Of a stretch of DNA of 64,000 bases, positions 56,766 to 64,000 are shown piece after piece. The first letter of the stretch is position 1. Every line of letters starts with the position of its first letter. Below the pieces are notes generated by a model. The model was not told the origin of the DNA, did no database searches, and was given only the letters and a program-made list of their open reading frames with translations. Both the position numbers and the translations under genes were made by a program. This DNA comes from a virus: IMG/VR virus record IMGVR_UViG_3300027734_000038. One strand, given 5' to 3'.

Positions 56766-56985
56766 ATTGAGAATGTGAAAGAAAGAATAAGCAATCCCAA
56801 CTGTTAGGGAAATCACTATCTCAGAAACCGTGTCCGCTATAAGGAGATTATCTAACAACGCAAAAGTTAGATTGAAAACGCAAAGCTGAGAGAACGACTG
56901 ACGAGTGGTAACGCATAAAGATAGGCGCCTATACTTTATGATAATTCCACCCATTAGTTCTTAAACACGAAACAGTATTCTCAAT
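56766..56985 (+). ncRNA. putative ~220-nt structured ncRNA
   Basis: Closing helix ATTGAGAATG/TATTCTCAAT, several internal helices, possible pseudoknot; no credible + strand ORF. Confidence 0.55.
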
Positions 56986-57021
56986 AATGGACTATATACT
57001 AATTTGATTGAAAGGTAAATT

Positions 57022-57279
57022 ATGGTTTTGCAACCTATGAAAGATAAGATTATTGTTTCACGAATTGCTGGAGAAAAACAAACTGAATTTGGTATTATTC
57101 TCAAATCATCAGAAGGTCCTGATAGAGCATTAGTTGAATCTATTGGTCCTAAAGTTGATGAAGTTTCTGTAGGTGATGAAGTTCTAATTAATTGGAATGG
57201 CGCAGTTAAAGTTTCTGGTAAAGAAATTGAAAAAGAATTGTATGTTGTTGCTATCGAACACGTAATATTAATTTTTTAA
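57022..57279 (+). CDS. groES: GroES-like co-chaperonin
   Basis: LQPMKDKIIV, T..GIIL, V.SIGP.V..V.VGD.VL. Confidence 0.85.
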   Translation: MVLQPMKDKIIVSRIAGEKQTEFGIILKSSEGPDRALVESIGPKVDEVSVGDEVLINWNGAVKVSGKEIEKELYVVAIEHVILIF

Positions 57280-57284
57280 TCTAT

Positions 57285-57358
57285 AGCGGGTTGGTGAAAA
57301 GGAATCACAGAGGACTCATAATCCTCAGTTCTTGGTTCGAGTCCAGGATCCGCAACCA
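57285..57358 (+). tRNA. tRNA-Met(CAU), initiator-like
   Basis: GAGGA-CTCATAA-TCCTC; A1:A72 mismatch; CCA. Confidence 0.88.
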
Positions 57359-57371
57359 CTAAGGAGATGTT

Positions 57372-57494
57372 ATGACTGAACAAAAGAAACCAGCAGTAAT
57401 CAAACCAATTCAAAAAGCACCACAACAACCAAAACCAAAACAAACATTTGTTCCTAAGATGACTGTGCAACGCAAAGCAGGTAGGGGAAGATGA
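57372..57494 (+). CDS. basic 40-aa micro-protein
   Basis: AAGGAG RBS; ends QRKAGRGR*. Confidence 0.55.
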   Translation: MTEQKKPAVIKPIQKAPQQPKPKQTFVPKMTVQRKAGRGR

Positions 57495-57604
57495 CACAAG
57501 AACATGATCCTGTTCAAGAACAGGACGACAAAAATTTGGATGACGAATTCAAACGAATTGAAGCCGAACAGAAACTAAAAGAAAAACAAAACCAATCGAG
57601 TTAG
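57491..57604 (+). CDS. acidic 37-aa micro-protein
   Basis: ATGA overlap; MTQEHDPVQEQDDKNLDDEFKRIEAEQKLKEKQNQSS*. Confidence 0.45.
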   Translation: MTQEHDPVQEQDDKNLDDEFKRIEAEQKLKEKQNQSS

Positions 57605-57687
57605 TGTTTTGCTAAAACTTCTAGCGTCATGATTATAAGACTGCCAATTAAACATATGGTAAAAATTATTTGAGGCAATTTATTCAT
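57601..57687 (-). CDS. 28-aa single-TM micro-protein
   Basis: MNKLPQIIFTICLIGSLIIMTLEVLAKH*. Confidence 0.45.
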   Translation of the reverse strand: MNKLPQIIFTICLIGSLIIMTLEVLAKH

Positions 57688-57705
57688 AGTTATCTCACTT
57701 TCAGT

Positions 57706-57795
57706 TTATTTAAATACTGCTCCCGATTCTACTACCATTAGTGTTAAACAGAGAATCAAAACGGCTACGAATATGAATGGTTGCACATCTTTCAT
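57706..57795 (-). CDS. 29-aa single-TM micro-protein
   Basis: MKDVQPFIFVAVLILCLTLMVVESGAVFK*; ATGA overlap with upstream minus-strand gene. Confidence 0.5.
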   Translation of the reverse strand: MKDVQPFIFVAVLILCLTLMVVESGAVFK

Positions 57796-58235
57796 ATTTT
57801 ATACAACTTAAAAAAATAAGTTATTAATGCTGAAGCAGTCATGCACCACCAAAAAACTTGAATTTGTTTTTGACGGTCTTTGTCTACTAATTTGTTTTCT
57901 TCTTCTCTTTCCTTTTGTAGTTTAGACTTTAATGCCTCCACTTCAGTCCAAGCATTTTTTCCATGTTTTCGGATAGTATCTTGTTTGAGTTTTTCTAACT
58001 CTCGTTCATGTGCCTTTTGCTGTTCGTATTTTTCCACAGCACGAACTTCCAACATAGTAGCCCGTCTTTCTTCTGCGAGCTTGGCTTGAACCCGTGCCTT
58101 ATGTTGTTGTTGAACGGCTCTTTCCATGTCGGCTTGTTGGTCACCGACCACGGCACCCAATTGTTTACCAACATTTTGAGCACTTTTTAAAGAGGAAACA
58201 GCGGTCTGTCCGCCAGCAGATATTGGATCAGGCAT
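57792..58235 (-). CDS. coiled-coil protein with C-terminal TM helix
   Basis: Long charged helix, then VFWWCMTASALITYFFKL; minus-strand late promoter upstream. Confidence 0.7.
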   Translation of the reverse strand: MPDPISAGGQTAVSSLKSAQNVGKQLGAVVGDQQADMERAVQQQHKARVQAKLAEERRATMLEVRAVEKYEQQKAHERELEKLKQDTIRKHGKNAWTEVEALKSKLQKEREEENKLVDKDRQKQIQVFWWCMTASALITYFFKLYKI

Positions 58236-58255
58236 CTAAGTATACCATTAAAGTG

Positions 58256-58284
58256 TTGACAAAAAAGACAAAAAATAGTATACT
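58256..58284 (+). promoter_or_regulatory. sigma70 promoter for the polymerase operon
   Basis: TTGACA-N17-TATACT. Confidence 0.75.
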
Positions 58285-58304
58285 GTAACTCAAATCATTA
58301 TAGG

Positions 58305-58312
58305 TATTTATA
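58305..58312 (-). promoter_or_regulatory. late promoter on minus strand
   Basis: TATTTATA on + strand equals TATAAATA on - strand. Confidence 0.65.
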
Positions 58313-58327
58313 TTAAAAAGGAATAGT

Positions 58328-58639
58328 ATGAAAATTTTAGCACTTAAATTGGTAACTGGTGAAGATGTTCTTGGTGAAGTAGAATCTGAATCTGAAACAG
58401 AACTGGTACTAACTAATCCGGTTGGTATTGCAGTAGTTCGAGGTCCTGATGGTAAACCTTCTGTTGGTTTTGCACCATTTCCGATTCATGCCCAACAAAA
58501 AACTGATGCCACGGTTGCCTTGGCTAAGAAGAATATAGTATACTCATATACACCAGCAGAAGATTTTATTACTAACTATAATTCAATCTTTGGTTCAGGT
58601 ATTGTTCTTCCACCAACAAAACAACTAATTACAGGTTAA
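58328..58639 (+). CDS. conserved hypothetical (Sm-like) protein
   Basis: KLVTGEDV.G, Y...FGSGIV.P; usual position before gp43. Confidence 0.65.
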   Translation: MKILALKLVTGEDVLGEVESESETELVLTNPVGIAVVRGPDGKPSVGFAPFPIHAQQKTDATVALAKKNIVYSYTPAEDFITNYNSIFGSGIVLPPTKQLITG

Positions 58640-58640
58640 C

Positions 58641-61178
58641 TTGGCAAATTTCTATACAAATGTTCAGAGTATTGGCGGCAATATTCTGTATCGTGGCATC
58701 AAAAATGGTCAACGAATAAAAGAGAAAATTGAGTATTCGCCTTCTCTTTATTTGCCATCCAAAAAGATTACAAACGTCACTTCACTCGATGGTGATTATC
58801 TCGACCAAAAAATCTTTGGCACAATTCAAAAGGCAAAAGATTTCATCAAACAATTTGATGGCGTTTCTGGTGCCTCCAAAATTTATGGTCAAACACGATT
58901 TGAGTATGCCTATATTGCAGATGAACATAGAGGTATGGTTGATTATGATTATGATAAAGTATCTGTCGCTGTAATCGATATTGAGGTAGGTTCTGAGAAT
59001 GGATTTCCTGACCCATATCAAGCAAATGAACCTATCACAGCAATTTGTATTCGCTTCACCAATAGTGAATCGTATGTGTTTGGTTGTGGTGAGTATGAAG
59101 TAAAAGGCAAAGAAATTTATTTCCGTTGTAAAGATGAATATAATCTCTGTAAATCATTTGTGAACTTTTGGAAAGACCACTATCCTGATATTATCACAGG
59201 ATGGAATACTAAGTTCTTTGATATACCATATCTTGTAAATCGTTTTAATAAAATTCTTGGTGAACCAGAAACTAAAAAACTTTCACCTTGGAATTATATT
59301 ACAGAACGCAAGGCCATCATCAATGGTCGTGAAATGACTTCTTATAGTCTTGTTGGTGTTGAATCGTTGGACTATATTGAACTATACAAATGGTATGCGC
59401 CAGGTGGTAAGTCACAAGAATCGTATCGTTTAGATAATATTGCTCAAGTAGAACTTGGTGAAGGTAAGATTGCATATGATGATTATGATAATCTACACTC
59501 ACTCTATCGTTTGAATTATCAACTGTTTATTGAGTATAACATTAAAGACGTTGAACTCATTATCAAACTGGAAGAAAAGTTAAAGTTACTTGAATTGGCA
59601 GTAACCTTGGCATATGATACCAAAACAAACTTTGAAGATGTCTTTGCACAAACTCGTATGTGGGATTCTTTGACATATGCTTATTTGTTTGAGAAAGATA
59701 TTATTGTTCCGCCAAGAGTTACCAAAGATAAAGATTCTGCATTTGAAGGTGCATATGTTAAAGTGCCACAAACTGGACTACATGATTGGGTTGCCTCATT
59801 TGACTTGAACTCTTTGTATCCACATTTGATGATGCAATATAATATCAGTCCTGAAACTTTGATTGAACCTGAGAACTACACAGATGAAATGCGTGAGGTT
59901 CTTTCTCAAGGTGTTTCTGTTGATAAGATGTTAAGTAAATCAATCAATACCACCAATCTTCAAGATGTAACTCTTACTCCAAATGGTCAATTCTTCCGTA
60001 CCGACATTCAAGGTTTCTTGCCTAAGATGATGGAAGAAATGTATACAGATAGAAGTAAGTTCAAACAGTTGATGTTAAAAGCAAAACAAGAATATGAAAA
60101 TGAAAAAGATTCTAACAAACTTTATGAAATTGAAAAGCGAATTGCTAAGTATAACAACATACAATTGGCCAAGAAAGTATCTCTTAACTCTGCCTATGGT
60201 GCTTTGGGTTCTCAGTATTTTCGTTTTTATGACCTACGCATGGCCTTGGGTGTTACAACAGCAGGCCAGTTATCCATAAGATGGATTGAAAACAAAATTA
60301 ATGCTTGGATGAATAAGATTCTTGGTACAGATGATAAAGACTATGTGATTGCATCTGATACCGATTCAATCTATCTCCGTATGGGAGAATTGGTTAATAA
60401 GTTCATTAAAGATACCTCAGATAAACAAAAAGTAATTTCTCTCATGGATAAAATCTGTGAAGAAAAGATACAACCATATATCGATAAGTCTTATGATGAA
60501 TTGGCTGAATATGTTCATGCGTATGAACAAAAGATGCAGATGAAGCGTGAAGGCCTTTCTGATAAAGGTATTTGGACTGCCAAGAAACGATATATTCTCA
60601 ATGTGTATAACAATGAGGGTGTTCAATACAATGAACCACAAATGAAGGTGATGGGTTTGGAAATGATTAAATCTTCCACACCATCCGCCATTCGTGAAAA
60701 AATGAAAGAGGCAATTCAGTTAATGGTGAATGGAACTCAAGATGATATTCATACCTTTATTGCAGATTTTAGAAAAGAGTTTAAGAAGTTGCCTGTGGAA
60801 GAAATTTCTTTTCCCCGTGGTCTCAATGGCCTAAATACCTATTCTGATGCGGTTAACCTTTATAAAAAAGGTACGCCAATTCATGTTAAAGGTGCAATTA
60901 TCTATAACAACAATCTAAAACGATTGGATCTCACCAAAAAATATCCACTCATTCAAGAAGGTGAAAAGGTTAAGTTTACTTACCTTAAAATGCCAAATCC
61001 ATTTAAAGATACAGTTATCTCGTATCCATCTCGTTTACCAAAAGAGTTTGAACTGCAACAATATATCGACTATGATATGCAGTTCGATAAGGCATTCTTG
61101 GAACCAATCAAAGTTATTCTTGATTGTATGAAGTGGTCAACAGAAAAAACAAGTTCAATAGAGGATTTCTTCTCATGA
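58641..61178 (+). CDS. gp43: family B DNA polymerase (TTG start)
   Basis: DIE exonuclease, SFDLNSLYP, KVSLNSAYG, ASDTDS, KKRY. Confidence 0.98.
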   Translation: MANFYTNVQSIGGNILYRGIKNGQRIKEKIEYSPSLYLPSKKITNVTSLDGDYLDQKIFGTIQKAKDFIKQFDGVSGASKIYGQTRFEYAYIADEHRGMVDYDYDKVSVAVIDIEVGSENGFPDPYQANEPITAICIRFTNSESYVFGCGEYEVKGKEIYFRCKDEYNLCKSFVNFWKDHYPDIITGWNTKFFDIPYLVNRFNKILGEPETKKLSPWNYITERKAIINGREMTSYSLVGVESLDYIELYKWYAPGGKSQESYRLDNIAQVELGEGKIAYDDYDNLHSLYRLNYQLFIEYNIKDVELIIKLEEKLKLLELAVTLAYDTKTNFEDVFAQTRMWDSLTYAYLFEKDIIVPPRVTKDKDSAFEGAYVKVPQTGLHDWVASFDLNSLYPHLMMQYNISPETLIEPENYTDEMREVLSQGVSVDKMLSKSINTTNLQDVTLTPNGQFFRTDIQGFLPKMMEEMYTDRSKFKQLMLKAKQEYENEKDSNKLYEIEKRIAKYNNIQLAKKVSLNSAYGALGSQYFRFYDLRMALGVTTAGQLSIRWIENKINAWMNKILGTDDKDYVIASDTDSIYLRMGELVNKFIKDTSDKQKVISLMDKICEEKIQPYIDKSYDELAEYVHAYEQKMQMKREGLSDKGIWTAKKRYILNVYNNEGVQYNEPQMKVMGLEMIKSSTPSAIREKMKEAIQLMVNGTQDDIHTFIADFRKEFKKLPVEEISFPRGLNGLNTYSDAVNLYKKGTPIHVKGAIIYNNNLKRLDLTKKYPLIQEGEKVKFTYLKMPNPFKDTVISYPSRLPKEFELQQYIDYDMQFDKAFLEPIKVILDCMKWSTEKTSSIEDFFS

Positions 61179-62176
61179 TATTTTTAACACTACTATCCGC
61201 ATTATTACTATCAGGCATTGCAGCCTATTATTCCGTTATTGGTTTGGCTGCAATCTTTACTGGTGCATTTTGGCCAATCGTTTTTATGGGCTCGGTTTTA
61301 GAACTAAGCAAATTAGTTACTACATCATGGTTATATCGTAATTGGAAAACCTGCCCACTTTTATTAAAATCATATTTGACCTTCTCTGTGGTCATTTTGA
61401 TGATTATTACCTCGATGGGTATTTTTGGTTTCCTATCAAAGGCACATATTGATTCGACAATGGATGCCGGTGCCAATACACTTGAAGTCAAAACTTTGGT
61501 GCAACAAGAAAAGATTACTAAAGAAAGATTAGATTATTTGTTGGCTCGTGCTAAAGATCCATCAACGGCAAGTAACCGACTCGACAAACAAATTCAAGAT
61601 ACCCAAAAAGAACTTACCGAAATTAATAAAAGAAAGTTACCATTACTTAAAGAATCAAATAAACTTACCGCAGAAGTTGGTCCTATCAAGTATATTGGTG
61701 ATATGGTATATGGTACTGACGATGAAGATGGCTTAGATAAGGCTGTAAGATTGGTAATCATGTTGATAATGGTTGTATTTGACCCGTTAGCTGTGTTATT
61801 ATTGATAGCAGCGAATATGTCGATGGTGAAAGGAAATGGTAGACCCATCATTGAAAATGGTACGATTGTTGGACTATCAGCAAGCGATATTCCTATATTC
61901 ACAAAGAAAAAAACTGAGCCTGTCAAGCCTGAAGAGCCACAAGATCCGGTTAAAAAAGAAGAACAAACAGTAGAAGTGAATAAAGAAAATATCACCGAAA
62001 TACAAGTTGAAGAAAATATTGTTATTAGTGAAGCTTCAGGTGAAACTATACCACCAATAACAAAAAGCAAACGAGGATTTCCTGTTAGAAAGACTAAAAC
62101 AGAAGATATAAGTAAATATGATGAGAAAGCAGAATTGGCTTTCAAAGAAAAAAGATTAGATGGTGGTGACTTTTAA
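61175..62176 (+). CDS. membrane protein with coiled coil and acidic tail
   Basis: Three N-terminal TM segments, GIFGFLSKAH, EVGPIKY, VFDPLAVLL TM. Confidence 0.7.
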   Translation: MIFLTLLSALLLSGIAAYYSVIGLAAIFTGAFWPIVFMGSVLELSKLVTTSWLYRNWKTCPLLLKSYLTFSVVILMIITSMGIFGFLSKAHIDSTMDAGANTLEVKTLVQQEKITKERLDYLLARAKDPSTASNRLDKQIQDTQKELTEINKRKLPLLKESNKLTAEVGPIKYIGDMVYGTDDEDGLDKAVRLVIMLIMVVFDPLAVLLLIAANMSMVKGNGRPIIENGTIVGLSASDIPIFTKKKTEPVKPEEPQDPVKKEEQTVEVNKENITEIQVEENIVISEASGETIPPITKSKRGFPVRKTKTEDISKYDEKAELAFKEKRLDGGDF

Positions 62177-62187
62177 AAGGAAAAATT

Positions 62188-63270
62188 ATGAGTATACTTG
62201 ACAAAATTAAAAAGAATAGTAGTATTAAAGAATCAGCTATTCTTTCCAAATCAAAATTCTTCACACAGAAGGATATGATTCCAACCTCGGTGCCTATTAT
62301 CAATGTGGCACTTTCAGGTAAATTAGATGGTGGTTTAACACCAGGTCTTACAATGTGGGCAGGTCCATCCAAACATTTTAAGACTGCGTTTTCGTTATTG
62401 ATGGCCAAATCTTACTTGGACAAATATCCCAATGCAGCACTTTTATTCTATGATTCGGAGTTTGGTACTCCGCAATCTTACTTTGATTCCTTTGGTATTG
62501 ATACTGAGCGTGTTCTTCATACACCACTTACTGACATAGAACAACTCAAGTTCGATATCATGCAACAACTTACGAACCTTGATAGGGACGACAAATTAAT
62601 TATCATCATTGATTCTATTGGTAACTTGGCATCTAAGAAAGAAGTTGACGATGCACTTGAAGGCAAATCTGTTGCAGATATGTCCAGAGCAAAACAAGTT
62701 AAATCATTATTCAGAATGGTAACACCTCATTTGACGATGAAAGATATTCCAATGGTTGTAGTCAACCATACTTACAAAGAAATTGGAATGTTCCCTAAAG
62801 ATATCGTGGGTGGTGGCACAGGTTCTTATTATTCAGCCGATAATATTTTCATTCTTGGTCGCCAACAAGAAAAAGAAGGCACAGAGGTTGTAGGTTATAA
62901 CTTTATTATTAATGTGGAAAAATCTCGATATGTTAAAGAAAAATCTAAAATTCCTGTTTCTGTATCTTTTGATGGTGGTATTAGCCGTTGGTCAGGCTTA
63001 CTTGATATCGCACTTGATTCCGGCCTCGTTATCAAACCATCTAATGGTTGGTATTCAAGGGTAGATGTAACCACCGGTGAAGTAGAAGATAAAAAATGGA
63101 GAATTAAAGATACAGATACCAAAGATTTCTGGATGCCACTAATTACAAGTGAAAAGTTCCAAAATTATGTTAAAGACAAATACCAAATTGCTACTGGTGC
63201 CATCATGCAAGGCGGTGAAGAAGAATTATTTGATGAGGTTGTAACCATGAATGGTGCTGAAAATGACTGA
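62188..63270 (+). CDS. uvsX: RecA-like recombinase UvsX
   Basis: AGPSKHFKT, FYDSEFG, IDSIGNLASKKE, GGGTG.YYSA. Confidence 0.97.
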   Translation: MSILDKIKKNSSIKESAILSKSKFFTQKDMIPTSVPIINVALSGKLDGGLTPGLTMWAGPSKHFKTAFSLLMAKSYLDKYPNAALLFYDSEFGTPQSYFDSFGIDTERVLHTPLTDIEQLKFDIMQQLTNLDRDDKLIIIIDSIGNLASKKEVDDALEGKSVADMSRAKQVKSLFRMVTPHLTMKDIPMVVVNHTYKEIGMFPKDIVGGGTGSYYSADNIFILGRQQEKEGTEVVGYNFIINVEKSRYVKEKSKIPVSVSFDGGISRWSGLLDIALDSGLVIKPSNGWYSRVDVTTGEVEDKKWRIKDTDTKDFWMPLITSEKFQNYVKDKYQIATGAIMQGGEEELFDEVVTMNGAEND

Positions 63271-63583
63271 AGGCCTTGATTACTGTTTCATTTATCCCAA
63301 AGATGATGATACTGCGGTAAACATTCGTCTATTGGCTGGACCATATAAAGATACAATATTTAAATATGGTAAGGTAAAGTTCAAAGAAGAAAATGAACAA
63401 ATGTATTTACTTTTTGCTTATGATGTGTTAGAATCTACAGTAGATAAACCCAAGAATTTGGAAAAAGATGACAAGTTTAAAAATTACCTTGGTGATTTAC
63501 TTGTTGAGTTGATGTCAAACAATATTGAGCAGGAAATAGTTGATGAAACTGGAACAGACGATATTAAAAACCCTGATTTATAA
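63263..63583 (+). CDS. hypothetical protein (gp40 position)
   Basis: Between uvsX and gp41; YGKVKF motif. Confidence 0.55.
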   Translation: MTEGLDYCFIYPKDDDTAVNIRLLAGPYKDTIFKYGKVKFKEENEQMYLLFAYDVLESTVDKPKNLEKDDKFKNYLGDLLVELMSNNIEQEIVDETGTDDIKNPDL

Positions 63584-64000
63584 TGATGACTTTCTACGGA
63601 AAGTTTTACCATTTTTAAAGACGGAATATTTTGGTGATAATGTAGAGAAAGTATTATTTAATGAAATCACATCGTTCACGGAAACTTACAATAATTCGCC
63701 ATCGATTGAGGCAGTTGGACTTGCCGTCAAAGAAAGGCGTAACCTTACGGATGACGAAGTTAAGAGATGTGAAGATTATCTTAAAGAAATTGAGGCAAAT
63801 CGTCAAACAGAAACCGAGATTCAATGGCTTGTTGACAAGACGGAAAAGTTTTGCCAAGAGAAGGCCATATATAATGCTGTATTGGGGTCTATTTCGATTC
63901 TCGATGGTAAAGACAAAACAAATGACAAAGGTGCGATTCCCAAGATATTATCGGACGCCTTGGCAATCTCATTCGACAACTCCGTAGGACACGATTATCT
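63543..64000 (+). CDS. gp41: replicative helicase gp41, 5' part (runs off window)
   Basis: MKLEQTILKTLIYNDDFLRKVLPFLKTEYF...WLVDKTEKFCQEKAIYNA...ALAISFDNSVGHDY. Confidence 0.92.
   Translation, partial: MKLEQTILKTLIYNDDFLRKVLPFLKTEYFGDNVEKVLFNEITSFTETYNNSPSIEAVGLAVKERRNLTDDEVKRCEDYLKEIEANRQTETEIQWLVDKTEKFCQEKAIYNAVLGSISILDGKDKTNDKGAIPKILSDALAISFDNSVGHDY

Noticed and set aside
56079-56954. ORFs 56079..56312, 56111..56383 and 56448..56954 in the ORF track
   Set aside because: They overlap tRNAs and structured RNAs; better explained as non-coding
56764-56990. tmRNA, RNase P RNA or theta ribozyme identity for the structured region
   Set aside because: No tRNA-Ala-like ends or tag frame, no GAGGAAAGUCC-type P4 motif, and no recognisable HDV-like fold at the tRNA 3' end
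29148-61178. Inteins or introns in gp17, gp20, gp23, gp46, gp43
   Set aside because: Lengths and motif spacing are ordinary; no insertions or frame breaks seen
63654-63987. ORFs 63654..63857 (-) and 63661..63987 (+)
   Set aside because: Alternate frames of the gp41 helicase gene, which is open from 63543 to the window end
1-64000. Stop-codon reassignment
   Set aside because: Core genes are full length in the standard code, TAA/TGA/TAG all terminate genes, and no suppressor tRNA was seen

Overview
The window is a 64-kb segment of an AT-rich T4-like (Tevenvirinae/cyanophage-like architecture) myovirus genome, almost entirely on the + strand. The host is not identifiable from sequence; a freshwater proteobacterium is plausible but is inference. 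(1) 1-23.6 kb: an unusually large, highly modular tail/virion fibre locus of about 40 genes, with collagen-like stalks, about 21 different tip domains, small tip-specific partner proteins and one free-standing GIY-YIG endonuclease. (2) 23.6-40.2 kb: the T4 morphogenesis core (gp13, 14, 15, a neck-fibre pair, 16, 17, 18, 19, 20, 67/68-like, 21, 22, 23, 3). (3) 40.2-64 kb: recombination, replication and transcription genes (uvsY, uvsW, 55, 47, 46, 45, 44, 62, regA, 43, uvsX, start of 41). These are interspersed with auxiliary genes (peptide deformylase, DruA-like, glycosyltransferase, DUF5664, Hsp20, rubrerythrin plus rubredoxin, dCMP deaminase, GroES) and a tRNA island (Glu, Tyr, Cys, Gly, Met). 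Two observations stand out. First, the fibre locus has a plug-and-socket grammar in which each adaptor gene is followed by exactly three tip genes, suggesting a hyperbranched fibre tree written in gene order. Second, the tRNA island contains a basic micro-ORF with ArfA-like mRNA architecture, a 67-nt non-canonical tRNA-Gly-like RNA and a ~225-nt structured ncRNA. All family assignments come from motif recognition by eye; no database searches were run.
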